Source: the human T2T-CHM13v2.0 reference genome, Homo sapiens
Strand: one strand, 5' to 3'
Assembly: GCF_009914755.1 (NCBI RefSeq)
Contig: NC_060925.1
DNA: 64,000 nucleotides
The notes under the pieces were generated by a model. It was not told the DNA's origin, ran no database searches, and was given only the letters and a program-made list of their open reading frames with translations. A program made the position numbers and the translations under genes. Positions 1-14,699 of this stretch are shown one piece after another. Numbering within the stretch: the stretch's first letter is position 1; each line of letters begins with the position of its first letter.

Positions 1-153
1 TTAAATTTCTCCCTTCAGATCTATTAATATTTTCTTTATGTATTCCAGTGTTCTGATGTTAAGTGCATATATACTTATAATCATATCCTCTTGATTATTT
101 GACTCCCCCTAAACTTAACTACTAATAGCCTATTATTGACTGGAAGTCTTACT

Positions 154-358
154 CCTTCATTGTAAGAATAAGGTACATAATACTTATAACATGCAAAATG
201 TGTGTGAATCAACTGTTTATGTTATCAGTAAGGCTTCCAGTCAATAATAGGCTATTAGTAGTTAAGTTTTGGGGGAGTCAAAATTATATGTGGATTTTCA
301 ACTGCAAGGGGAGGTGGGAGTGTTTGTACCCCTAACCCCTGTGTAGTTCATGAGTCAT
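154..358. mobile_element. Tigger2/MER28-like DNA transposon terminal fragment
   Basis: AAGGCTTCCAGTCAATAATAGGCTATTAGTAGTTAAGTTTTGGGGGAGTCAAAATTATATGTGGATTTTCAACTGC...CCCCTAACCCC matches the recalled Tigger2 terminus. Confidence 0.65.
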
Positions 359-850
359 ACATATAGGTTTTTGCTTTGTAGTTACCATGAGGTTTACAAA
401 AAGCATTTTATGGTTATAACACGTTTTAAGTTGATAACTTAACTTTGACTACATTAAAATAAGGTCTGCACTTTTATTCGCCCTTTCTACCATTTAAAAT
501 TTTTGGTGTCACAAATTTAAAAAAATTTTTATATTGTGTGTCCCTTAGAAATTATTGTAGCCATTATTATTTTTAATAGTTTTATCTTTTAACCTTCATA
601 CTAAAGACATAAATGATTTATACACCACCAGTATAGTATTAGAGTATTTTGAATTTTACTGTGTACTTACTTTACCAGTGAATCTTATGTGTTTTCTTGT
701 TATTGATTAGCATCCTTTTCTTTCAGCTTAAAGAGCTTCTTTTAGCATTTCCTGTAAAACAAATCAGGTGGTGATGAACTCCCTCAGCTTTCATTTATCT
801 GGAAAGCCTTTCTGTTTTTCATTTATGAAGAATAGCTTTGCCAGGTATGA

Positions 851-1155
<305 letters not shown>

Positions 1156-2994
1156 TGACAGATTTTTTTTTCCTTTAGCAACTTTGAATATATCATCCCA
1201 CTCTCTTTTGGCCTGTAAGGTTTCTGCTGAGAAGTTTGCTGCTAGCCTTATTAGAACTCTGTTATACATTATTTGCTTCTTTCCTCTTGCTGTTTTCAGG
1301 ATCTTTTCTTTGTCCTTGATTTTTGACAATTTGATTTATGTCTTGATGTAGTTATGTTTGGATTGAATCTGATTGGAGACTTTTGACCTTTCTATACCTG
1401 GATATTTATATCTTTTTAAAAATTTGGAAAGTTTTCTGCTATTATTTGTTGATATACACATTGTATCTCTTTGTGTTTCTCTTCTCTAACTGAAACATTT
1501 GCTTTTTTGATACTGCCCATAAGTCCTATAAACTTTATTCATTTCTTTTTATTCCTTTTTCTCTTCTAACGGTGCATTTCCAAATAATCTGACTTCAAGT
1601 TTACAGATTTTTTTCTGCTTGTGTCTACTGTTGATACTGTGTATTACATTTTCCATTTCATTCATTGTGTTTTTTAGTTCCAGAATTTCTGTTTGCTTTT
1701 TTGCTTTCATTATGACTTTTTAAATTGACATATAATAATTGTATTTATTTGTGGGGCTCAGTGTGATATTTTGATATAGGTATATAATATGTGTAATGAT
1801 CAAACCAGGGTAATGAGCATATCCATCACCACAAACATTTATCATTTATTTGTATTGAGAACATTTAAAATCCATTCTTCTAGCTATTTGAAAATATACA
1901 ATAATTTGTTGTTATTTATAGTCACAATATAGTGCTATAGAACACTGGGACCTATTCTTCCTACATGGCTGTACTTTTGTATCCATTAGCCAACCCTTGA
2001 TAGTGTCCTCTCTTCCCTTCCCTTTTCTGCCTCTAGTACCACCATTCTACTCTCCATGTTGGTGAGATCAACTTTTTAAGTTTCCATATGTTAGTGAAAA
2101 CATAGAGTATTTCCCTTTCTGTGCCTGAATTTTTCATTTAACATAATGTCCTCCAAGCTCATCCATATTGTTGTGAATTATAGAATTTCATTCTTTTAAT
2201 GGATAAACAGCATTCCATTATGTATATGTACCACATTTTCTTCATTCATGTGTTTATAGACACTTAGGTTGATTTCATATCTTAGCTATTGTGAATAGTA
2301 CTGCAATAAACATGGGAGCACAGATAGCTCTTTGTTACACTGATTTCCTTTCCTTTGGATGTGTATACTCAGTAGTGGGATTGCTAGACCATTGGTAGTT
2401 TTAGTGTTTTGAAAAACTTCCATATTATTTTCCACAATGGCTGTACTAATTTACATTCCTACCAACAATGTATAAGTTTCCCTTTCTCTACTTCCTTACC
2501 AGCATTTGTTATATTATTGTCTTTTTGGTAATAGTCACTTAACTGGGGTGAGATAATATCTCATTGTGGTTTTGATTTGCATTTCCCTGATGATTAGTGA
2601 TATTGAGCATTTTTTCACAGACTTGGGCATCTGCATGTCTTCTTTTGAGAGATGTCTATTCAGTCATTTGCCCATTTTAAAATTGGATTATTTGAGTTGT
2701 TTTAGTTCCTTGTATATTCTAGTATTAATCCCTTGTCAGATGAATAGTTTTCAAATATTTTCTCCCATTCTTCAGGTTGTCTCTTCATTCTGTTTGTTTC
2801 CTTTGCTATACAGAAGGCTTTTAGTTTAATGTAATACCATTTGTCTATTTTTGTTTTTGTGCTTGTGCTTTGAAGTGTTCTCCATAATACCTTTGTCCAG
2901 ATCAGTGTCCTAAACTGTTCCTCCTATTATGTTTTTTTTCTTGTACTTCCATGGTTCGGAGTCTTATGTTTAAATCTTTAATCCATTTAGAGTT

Positions 2995-3305
2995 TGTTTA
3001 TTTATTCCTTTATTTATTTATTTGGCTAAGTCTCACTCTGTTGCCCAGGCTGTAGTACAGTGGCATGAGCTCAGCTCACTGCAGCCTTGACCTCCCAGAC
3101 TCAAGTGATCCTCCCACCTCAGCCCCCCAGGTAGCTGGGACTACAGACATGCACCACCATGCCCAGCTAATTTTTGTATTTTTTGTAAAGGTGGAGTTTT
3201 GCCATGTTGTCCATGGCTTGTCTCAAGCTCCTGGACTCAAGAGATCTTTCTGTCTCGGCCTCCCAAAGTGCTAGGATTATAGGTGTGAGCCACCACGCTC
3301 AGTCT
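2995..3305 (-). mobile_element. AluJ-like
   Basis: Diverged reverse Alu dimer with a (TTTA)n tail. Confidence 0.9.
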
Positions 3306-3537
3306 AGAGTTGATTTTTTTATACAGTGAGAGATAGTGGTCTAGTTTTTTTTTTTTTTGCCTGCATATGGATATTCAGTTTTCCCAGCACCCTTTATTGG
3401 AGAGACTGTCACTTCCTCCATGAATGGTCTTTGTGGCTATGTTGAAAATGAATAGGCTGTAAATACATGGATTTATTTCTGTGTTATCTAATCTGTTTCA
3501 ATGCTCTATATGTCTGATTTCATGCCAGTACTGTCCC

Positions 3538-3686
3538 GTTTTATTTTTAAATTTATTTTTATTTTTGGCAGAGATGGCGTCTCTCTTTGTTGCCCAGGCT
3601 GATCTTGAACTCCTGGCCATAAGAAATCCTCCTATCTCAGCCTTTCAAAGTGCTGAAATTACAGGCATGAACTACTGTACCTAGCC
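3538..3686 (-). mobile_element. Alu monomer (FLAM-like)
   Basis: Single reverse Alu left arm with a T-rich tail. Confidence 0.8.
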
Positions 3687-4238
3687 ACCACACTGTTTTG
3701 GTTAATATAGGTTTGTAGTATATTTTGACATTTGGTGGTGTGATGCCTCTAGCCTTGTTCTTTTAGCTGAGAATTGATTTGACTATTCAGGGTCATTTGT
3801 GGTTCCATAAAATCTTTAGTATTTTTTTTCTATTTCTGTGAAGAATGCAGTTGGTATTTTGATAGGCATTTTATTGAATCTGTAGATAATTTTTGGTAGT
3901 GTGGTCATTTTCACAGTATCAATTCTTCCAATCCATGAACATGAGATGTCTTTTTTTGTGTGTTTGTGTGTCCTCTTCAATTTATTTAATCAATGTCTTA
4001 CAGTTTTCCTTGGAGACATCTTTCATCCCTTGTTTAAATTTACTCCTGGGTTTTTTTTTAAAACCATTATAAATGGAATTGCTTTCTTGATGTTTTCCCA
4101 CTAGTTAGTTGTTAGTATATAGAAAAAATACTAATTTTTGCATATGATTTTGTAACCTGTGACTTTACTGACTTGTTTGTCAGGTCTAAGGCTCTTTTCT
4201 GTGAGGCTTTTAGGTTTTTCTACATATAAGATTATGTC

Positions 4239-4520
4239 CCTGTAATCCCAGCACTGTTGGAGGCCAAGGCAGGTGGATCACGAGGTCAGGAGATTGAGAC
4301 CATCCTGGCCAACGTGGTGAAACCCCATCTCTACTAAAAATAAAAAAAAATTAGCCAGGCGTGGTGGCATGTGCCTGTAGTCCCATCTACTCAGGAGGCT
4401 GAGGCAGGAGAATCGCTTGAACCTGGGCAGCAGAGGTTGCAGTGAGCCTAGATAGCGCCAATGCACTCCAGCCTAGGTGACACAGCAAGACTCCATCTCA
4501 AAAAAAAAAAAAAAAAAAAA
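4239..4520 (+). mobile_element. AluS (Sc-like), about 20 nt 5'-truncated
   Basis: Starts at CCTGTAATCCCAGC, has a poly(A) tail, and AAGATTATGTC occurs on both sides as a TSD. Confidence 0.95.
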
Positions 4521-5605
4521 GATTATGTCATTTGCAAACAGGGAAAATTTGACTTCCTCCTTTCCAATTCTTTTATTTCATTTTTTACATAGTTTCTCTG
4601 GCTAGGACTTCCAGTACTATGTTGAATAAAAGTTGTAAAAATGGGCATTCTTGTCTTCTTCCACACCTTAAAGCAATAAGTGGCAACTTTTCACTATTCA
4701 GTATGTTGTGGGTTTGCAATATATGTATTTTATTGTGCTGATATACATTCCTTTTATATACCTAACTAGTTGGGAGTTTTTTTTTTTAATCATGAAGAGA
4801 TGTTGAATTTTATCAAATGGTTTTTCTGCTTCTATTGAAATGGTCATATGGTTTTTGTCCTTTGTTCTGTTGATATGTTGTACATTTATTGATTTGTATA
4901 TGTTGAACCATTATTGCATTCCTGGAATAAATGTCACTTGACAACAGTGAAAGATCTTTGTAATGTGCTGCTGAATTAAGTTTGCTAGTATTTTTTTGAA
5001 GGTAGAAGAAATATTTAATAATGTTGGTTTTGCTATCAACATTAGGGAAAGAATAACTTTCTTTATTCATGTAAAATACCTTTACATGAATAAAGAAGCT
5101 AAATGTAAAGCTCCAACCATGAAAATATAATTATAGACACTCAAGTAATTGATAGTTTAGTACATCTGGAAAGTTTGAAGGAGAAAGACTTCCTAAGTAG
5201 TATATATGTGATTTTTAACAATTAGAACAATAAACAGATGTGATAGAAAAAATTTTAAATACCTACACCACAAGAAACGTTATCAACAAAAGAAAAAAAT
5301 AAAGCAAATATGATAGAGAAGAGATTGATATTTTTGGCACATAAAAGTTATTGCTTTGAATGTCTTCAGAATTCTTGGGGGGAGGGGAAGAAGGTTAATG
5401 CAATTTGCAATAAATGCTAAGACCTGAGTAAATAAACCAGAAGATAATAAGAAAATAAAATTTACCAACATAAAATAACACTTTGTCAATTATAAAAATA
5501 ATGCAAATTAAACAAACACTAGGGTACATATCGTACGTATTAATAAAACAAAAGTTGAATGGTAATTTATTTGCTAGTGATGGTGTATCAAAAATGTTGT
5601 CACCT

Positions 5606-5914
<309 letters not shown>

Positions 5915-6303
5915 CTACATTGCATATAGCATTTTATTTTATTTATTGTTTTATTTCAATAGGTTTTTGGGGAACAGGTGGTGTTTGGTTACATGGATAA
6001 ATTCTTCAGTGGTGAATTCTGAGATTTTGGTGTATCCATCACCCGAGCAGTGTGCACTATACTCAATAAGCAGTCTTTTATTCCTAAGCCCCCTGCTACT
6101 CTTCACCCCGAGTCCTCAAAGTCCATTATATCATTCTTATGCCTTTGTGTCCTCACAGCTTAGCTCTCACTTATAAATGAGAACATATGATGTTTGGTTT
6201 TCCATTCCTGAGTTACTTCACTTAGAATAATGATCTCCAACACCATCTAGGTTGTGCAAATGCCATTATTTCATTCTTTTTTACAGATGAGTAGTGTTCC
6301 ATG

Positions 6304-6400
6304 GTGTGTGTGTATATATATATTTATATATATTTATATTTATAATATTAAAATATAATATATTTATATTTAATATTTTTATATTACATATGTATATTTA
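6304..6400. repeat. (TG)n/(TA)n-derived AT-rich low-complexity tract within L1
   Basis: GTGTGTGTGTATATATATATTTATATATATTTATATTTATAATATT... Confidence 0.85.
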
Positions 6401-7170
6401 CCACATTTTCTTTATCTACTCATTGATTGGCATTTGGGTTGGTCCCATACTTTTACAATTGTGAATTGTGCTGCTATATACATACATGTGCAAGTGTCTT
6501 TTTCATATTAAGACTTCTTTTCCTCTGGGTGGATACCCAGTAATGGCATTGCTGGATCAAATAATAGACCTACTTTTAGTTCTTTAAGGAATATTCATAC
6601 TGTTTTTCATAATGGTTGGACTAGTTTACATTCCCACCAGCAGTGTAAAATTGTTCCCTTTTCACGACATCTATGTCAACATATATATATATTTTAAATT
6701 ACAGCCATTCTTGTAGGAGTAAGGTGGTATTGCACTGTGGTTTTGATTTGCATTTCCCTGATAATAGTGATGTTGAGCATTTTTTCATATGTTTGTTGAC
6801 CATTTGCATATCTTTTTTGAGAATTGTATATTCATGTCCTTAACTCATTTTTTGATGGGATTATTTTTTTTTCTTGCTGATTTGTTTGAGTTCCTTGTAG
6901 ATTCTGGATATTAGTCCTTTGTCAGATGCATAGCTTGTGAAGATTTTCTCCCACTTTGTAGCTTGTCTGTTTACTCTGTTGATTATTTCTTTTGCTGTGC
7001 AGAAGCTTCTTAGTTTAATGAAATCCCATCTATTTATATTTGTTTTTGTTGTATTATCTTTTGGGTTCTTGGTCATGAATTATTTGCCTAAGCCAATGTC
7101 TAGAAGGGTATTTCTGATGTTATCTTCTAGAATTTTAATGGTTCATGTCTTAGATTTAAGTCTTTGATCC

Positions 7171-7461
7171 TTTTTTTTTTTTTTTTTTGAGACAGGGTCT
7201 CTGTCACCCAGACTGGTGTGAAGTGGCGTGATCTTGGCTCACTGCAACCTCTGCCTCTGCGTTCAAGCAATTCTCCCACCTCAGTCTCCTGAGTAGCTGG
7301 GACCACAGGAGTGCACCACCATGCCCAGGTAATTTTTGTATTTTTTGGTACAGATGGGGTTTTGCCATGTTGGTTGGTCTTGAACTCTTGACCTCAAGTG
7401 ATCTGCCCACCTTGGTCTTCCAAAGTGCTGGGATTACAGGCATGAGTGACCATGCCTGGCC
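7171..7461 (-). mobile_element. Alu (S/J type) in L1PB
   Basis: Reverse Alu with poly(T); TSD TTTGATCC. Confidence 0.95.
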
Positions 7462-8072
7462 TTTTGATCCACCTTGAGTTCACTTTTGTATAAAGTGAGA
7501 AATGAAGATCCAGTTTCATTCTTCTACTTGTGGCTTGCCAGTAATCCCAGAACAATTTGTTGGACAAGGCGTCCTTTCCTTACTTTACGTTTTTGTTTGC
7601 TTTATCTAGGATCAGTTGGCTGTAAGTTGGCTTTATTTCTGTGTTGTCTATTCTGTTCCATTGGTCTGTATACTTATTTCTATACCAGTACCATGCTGTT
7701 TTGGTGAGTATAGTCTTATAGTATAGTTTGAAGCTGGGTAATGTGATGCCTCCAGATTTGTTCTTTTTGCTTAGTCTTACTTTGGCTGTGTGGGCTTTTT
7801 TTTTTTTTTTTTTTTTTTGGTTCCGTATGAATTTGAGGATTGTTTTTTCTAGTTCTGTGAAAAATGATGATGGTATTTTGAAGGGAATTGCATTGAATTT
7901 GTAGATTGCTTTTGGCTGTGTGGTCCTTTTCACAATATTGATTCTACCCATCCATGAGCATGGGATGTGTTTCCATTTGTTTGTGTCATCTATGATACTT
8001 TCAGCAGTGTTTTGTAGTTTTGCTTGTAGAAGTCTTTCACCTCCTTGGTTAGATATATTCTTAAGTATTTTA

Positions 8073-8094
8073 TGTGTGTGTGTGTGTGTGTGTG
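8073..8094. repeat. (TG)n microsatellite
   Basis: About 11 TG units. Confidence 0.95.
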
Positions 8095-9014
8095 CACAGC
8101 TATTGTAAAAGGGATTGAGTTCTTGACTTGATTCTCAGCTTAGTCACTATTGGTGTCTAACAATGCTTCTGATATGTGCACATTGATTTTGTATCCTGAA
8201 ACTTTACTGAATTCATTTATCAAATCTAGGAGCTTTTTGGATGGATCTTTAGGATTTTCTAGATGTTCAATCATATCATCAGTGAACAGTGACAGTTTGA
8301 CTTCCTTTTTACCAATTTGGATGCCCTTTTTCTCTTGTCTGATTGCTCTGGCTAGTACTTCCAGAACTATGTTGACTAGAAGTGGTGAAAGTGGGCATCC
8401 TTATCTTGTTCCAGTTCTCAGGGGAAATGCTTTCAACTTTTCCTTGTTCAGTATAATGTTGACTGTGGGCTTGTCATAGATGGCTTTTATTATCTTGAGG
8501 TATGTCCCTTCTATGCTGATTTTTCTGAAGGTTTTAATCTTTATGATTCTTGATTTTGTCAAACGAGTTTTCTGCATCTGTTGAGATGATCATGTGATTT
8601 TTGGTTTTGATTCTGTTTATGTGGTGTGTCACATCTATTGACTTGTGTGTATTAAACCATCCCTGCATCACTGGTATGAAATCCACTTGGTCATGGTGGA
8701 TTATCTTTTTGATGTGCTGTTGGATTCAGTTAGCTAGTATTTTGTTGAGGATTTTTGCATCTATGTTCATCAGGGATATTGGTTGTAGTTTTTATTATTG
8801 TTGTTTTTATGTCCTTTCCTGGTTTTGTTATTAGGGTGATACTGGCTGCATAGAATGATTTATGGAGGATTCCCTCTTTCTCCATTATTTGGAATAGTTT
8901 CAATTCCAAAAGATAGAGAAATACCAATTCTTATTTCAATGTCTGATAGAATTCAGCTGTGACTCTATCTGGTCCTGGACCTTTTTTTGTTGGCATTTTA
9001 TTTTATTTAAAAAA

Positions 9015-10658
<1,644 letters not shown>

Positions 10659-11799
10659 TTTGAAAAAATTACCATTTTTATCTCGCTGCTTGTTATTGGT
10701 TTGTTCAGAGTTTCTATTTCTTCCTGGTTTAATCTAGGAGGTTGTATATGTCCAGAAATTTTTCAGTCTCCTCTCAGTTTTCTAGTTCATGCACATAAAG
10801 GTATTCATAGTAGCCTTGAATGATCTTTTGTATGTCTGTGGTATTGGTTATAATATCTCCCATTTTGTTTCTAATTGAGCTTACTTGGATCTTCTCTCTT
10901 CTTTTCTTGGTGAATCTTGCTAATGGTCTATCAATATTGTTCATCTTTTCAAAGAACAAGCTTTTGTTTTATTTATCTTTTGTATTTTTTGTTTCAATTT
11001 TATTTAATTCTGCTCTGTTCTTTGTTATTTCTTTTCTTCCACTGGGTTTGGGTTGGTTTGTTCTTGTTTCTCTATTTCCTTGAGATGTGACCTTAGGTCT
11101 ATTTGTGCCCCTTTAGACTTTTTGATGTAGGCATTTAATGCTACGAACTTTCCTCTTAACACTGCTTTTGCTGTATCCCTGAGTTTTTGATAGATTGTGT
11201 TACTATCATTCAGTTCAAGGAATTTTTAAATTTTCATCTTGATTTCATTGTTGACCCACTGATCATTCACGAGCAGATTATTTAATTTTCATATATTTGC
11301 ATGGTTTTGAGGGTTTCTTTTGGAATTGATTTCCAATTTTATTCCACTGTGGTCTGACAGTACTTGATACAATTTTGATTTTCTTAAATTTGTTGAGACT
11401 TGTTTTGTGGCCTATCATATGGTCTATCTTGAAGAATGTTCCATATGCTGATGAATATAATGTATATTCCTCAGCTGTTGGGTAGAATGTTCTGTAAATA
11501 TCTGTTGGTCCATTTGTTCTAGGGTATAGTTTAAGTCCATTGTTTCTTTGTTGACTTTCTGTCTTGATGACCTGTCTAGTGCTTTCAATGGAATACTGAA
11601 GTCCCCCACTATTATTGTGTTGCTGTGTATCTCATTTCTTAGGTCTAGTAGTAATTGTTTCATAAATTTGTGAGCTCCAGTGTCAGATGGATATGTATTT
11701 AGGATTGTGATATTTTCCTGTTGGATTAGTCCTTTTATCATTATATAATGTCCCTCTTTTTCCTTTAAACTATTGTTGCTTTAAAGCCTGTTTTGTCTG

Positions 11800-12148
11800 T
11801 GTTAGGTTTTAAGTGCAGGCTTTATGTCCAGCATAAGACCTAAAGAGGCAGGAGACCAGCTTAATGTCAGTGCCCGCCCCTGCTTACAGGCTGGGGCCAT
11901 CTGTAGGCTTGGACAGGAGGGGTTTGGGGAGACATGGCCTGCTGTCTGGGAAAATATTGATAACATGTTCCCAGGATGAGGCATTTCTGACCCTTGTTGT
12001 GGTGGAACGTGGTGTTCCTTGTACTTTCTCCCAGCAGAATATGATAAGAGGCAGGCTATTTCTCATGGCCTGAATCCCTGTGGAATATTTCACTTTAAGC
12101 ACGGTCTGTGAAATGGCGGGGGACTTACAAAATGGTGCAGATTGGACT
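11800..12148 (-). promoter_or_regulatory. 3' LTR of the HERV-F-like provirus (about 55 bp deleted in U5)
   Basis: Aligns to 18792-19200. A purine tract precedes it on the minus strand (GAAGGCAAGAAA). Confidence 0.85.
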
Positions 12149-12498
12149 TTCTTGCCTTCTACTTTAATATAAAAGGAAGAGGGGCGTTGTTGATTATCTG
12201 GCTGTTTCCTGTCGAATTAGGGGCACTGTAACCAGGGTTTGGGTTTTGAAGTAGTGGGTGTTCGACTTTAGAGTTGTTTTCCTGGAAGCGCTGATACTGG
12301 ACTTAGTGGAGGAGAACGACGGTATCAATGTGTTTCTGGATGACTGCCTGGACAAGGGAGTTCAGCTTTTGGGAGACTGACTGGGCTATGAAGGTGAGTA
12401 TATATGGGCCAATTGTTAGCTAAGAGGAGGAAGATTAAGGGCCCTGAGAAAGAGGTAACCTGCTATCACGGTTCTGAGTGCAGCAGGGATGTTTAGTC

Positions 12499-13396
12499 TG
12501 AAACAAGAAAGGTTCCCTCATACCCCTTGCAGGGTGTGCGATGGGGTTGCAGCTGCTTCTTCAGTGCCCTGCTGCTCAAACCTCTAGGGGAGCATACAGA
12601 TGGGCAGGCTGTGGGGCTCTGACCCCACGACAGTGTCTAGGGATGAGTGTTTACAGCTGAGGCCCCAGTGGGCGTGTGTTAGTGTGCTCTTTTAGTTTAG
12701 GCATTTATAGGCGACTTGTGTTAACCAGCTCAATTAGACTCTTTACCTTGTTGCAAGGACAGAGGGCTTTCTGTATCCTGTGATCCTTGGATCACACATG
12801 GGCTTGGAAAATGAATGCAAGGTTTTACTGAGTGGAAGTAGCTCTCAGCAGATGTGGAAACCAGAAGGGAGATGGTTTTCCCCTGGTTCAGGCCGCTTGG
12901 CACCCTGCGCTCTCCTCTGACTGCCCCCACCAAACTCCATGTAGTTCTGCTGTTTTGGTGGCCTGCCAGCATGCTATTGCCTGTTGGTGCATTCCTCTCA
13001 ACGTCCAGCCACCCGTGTGTTCCTCCCCTGATACGTTCCTCCGCTGACATGTTCCTCCGCTGACATGTTCCTCCGCTGATATGTTCCTCCGCTGATATGC
13101 TCCTCTCAAGGTCCAGCTGCCTGTGTGTTCTTCCGCTGATCTGCTCCTCTTGACGTGCAGCCGCTGTGTGTCTGCCTGCTAGCGTCCCGGGTTTTTATAG
13201 GCACAAGATGGGGGCATGGCAGGCGAGGGTGGTCTTGGGAAATGCAACATTTGGGCAGCAAATGCCTGTCCTCACCTAGCTTTATGGGAGTGGAGCCCTA
13301 CCGGGGACCATGCCTTCCTCTACCCAGCACGTCCCTTCTCCCCTTCCATATCATTTAAAGGGACCACACTCTTCCCTTCCCAGCACTTACGTATCA
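12499..13396 (-). mobile_element. Solo LTR1 (ERV1, HUERS-P2 family)
   Basis: The minus strand begins TGATACGTAAGTGCTGGGAAGGGAAGAGTGTGGTCCCTTTAAATGATATGG, which matches the recalled LTR1 consensus. It has a TATA box (CTATAAAAAC), ends ...TTTCA, and is flanked by (A)GTC. Confidence 0.85.
13019..13098. repeat. 16-bp minisatellite, 5 copies of GTTCCTCCGCTGA(C/T)AT
   Basis: Units at 13019, 13035, 13051, 13067 and 13083. Confidence 0.95.
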
Positions 13397-13711
13397 GTCC
13401 TGCGAACAGGGGATGATGTGTATAGTTAGTCTGGTGTGTGCGGAGGAGGAGGAAATAGAGATTAGGAAAGGAACCTGAATAGTTTGGTTGTTAGGCAAAA
13501 TGTTAATGTCTGGAGATTGAAACACCAGTGTGTATGTTCCTGACCAACTTGCCTGCAGGCAAAGATAAGAGTTTGTGCTACACAGAAAGAAAACAATAGG
13601 GGTGGGCAGACAAAAGTTGTAGGTTATGGTGGCAAGCCATGAGAAGGTGGGGGTTGAATCCTGGATAAAGTTTTTGTTCCAACTTTTTGTTTTTCCAAGT
13701 TGAATAGTTGT

Positions 13712-14699
13712 TGAAGGGGGCCAGCCCCTCCACACTTGTGGCTATTTCTCGTCAGGTGGGATGAGAGACTGAGAAAAGAAATAAGACACAGAGAAAAAGT
13801 ATAGAGAGAGAAGAGTGGACCCAGGGGACCAGCGCTTAGCATACGAAGGACCAGCGCTGGCACTGGTCTCTGAGTTCCCTCAGTATTTATTGATCACTAT
13901 CTCTACTATCTCGGTGAGGGGGATGTGGCAGGACTATAGGGTAATGGTGGAGAGAGGGTCAGCAGGGAAACATGTGAGCAAAGGTCTCTGTGTCATAAAT
14001 AAGGTTAAGGAAAGGAGCTGTGCCTTGATGTGAGAGTAGGCCAGATTTATGTTTGACTTTACACAAGCATCTCAGTGCGGTAAAGAGCAGTATTGCCACC
14101 AGCATGTCTCACCTCCAGCCATAAGGCGGTTTTCTCCTATCTCAGTAAATATAATGTATGATCGAGTTTTACACCGAGACATTCCATTCCCAGGGATGAG
14201 CAGGAGACAGATGCCTTCCTCTTATCTCAATTGCAAAGAGGCCTTCCTCTTTCACTAATCCTCCTCAGCACAGGCCCTTTATGGGTGCCGGGCTGGGGGA
14301 TGGTCAGGTCTTTCCCTTCCCATGAGGCCATAGCTCAGGCTGTCTCAGTGGGGAGAATCCTTGGACAATACCCAGGCTTTCTTGGGCAGAGGTCCCTGCG
14401 GCCTTCTGCAGTGCACTGTGTCCCTGGGTACTCGAAACTAGAGAATGGTGATGACTTTTACCAAGCATACTGCCTGCAAACACATTTTTAACAAAGGACA
14501 TCCTGCACAGCCCTAAATCCATTAAACCTGGAGTCAACACAGCACATGTTTCTGTGAGCACAGGGTTGGGGCTAAAGTTACAGATTAACAGCATCTCAAG
14601 GCAGAATAATTTTTCTTAGTAGAAAACAAAATGGAGTTTCTTATGTCTTCTTTCTACATAGACACAGTAACAGTCTGATCTCTCTTTCTTTCCCTGACA
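13712..14699 (-). mobile_element. Solo HERV-K(HML-2) LTR, LTR5B-like
   Basis: The minus strand starts TGTCAGGGAAAGAAAGAGAGATCAGACTGTTACTGTGTCTATGTAGAAAG and ends CCCCTTCA. Length is 988 bp, with a 5-bp TSD GTTGT. Confidence 0.9.

Larger units (their letters stand above)
1716..5000 (-). mobile_element. L1MA-type 3' UTR plus ORF2 3' part, interrupted by Alus
   Basis: Typical antisense L1MA 3' end (TGTGTAATGATCAAACCAGGGTAAT..., GGTTTTGATTTGCATTTCCCTGATGATTAGTGA), continuing into ORF2-like sequence. Confidence 0.85.

Noticed and set aside
13019-13098. CRISPR-like array
   Set aside because: The units are contiguous with no spacers, in a eukaryotic LTR context. It is a minisatellite.
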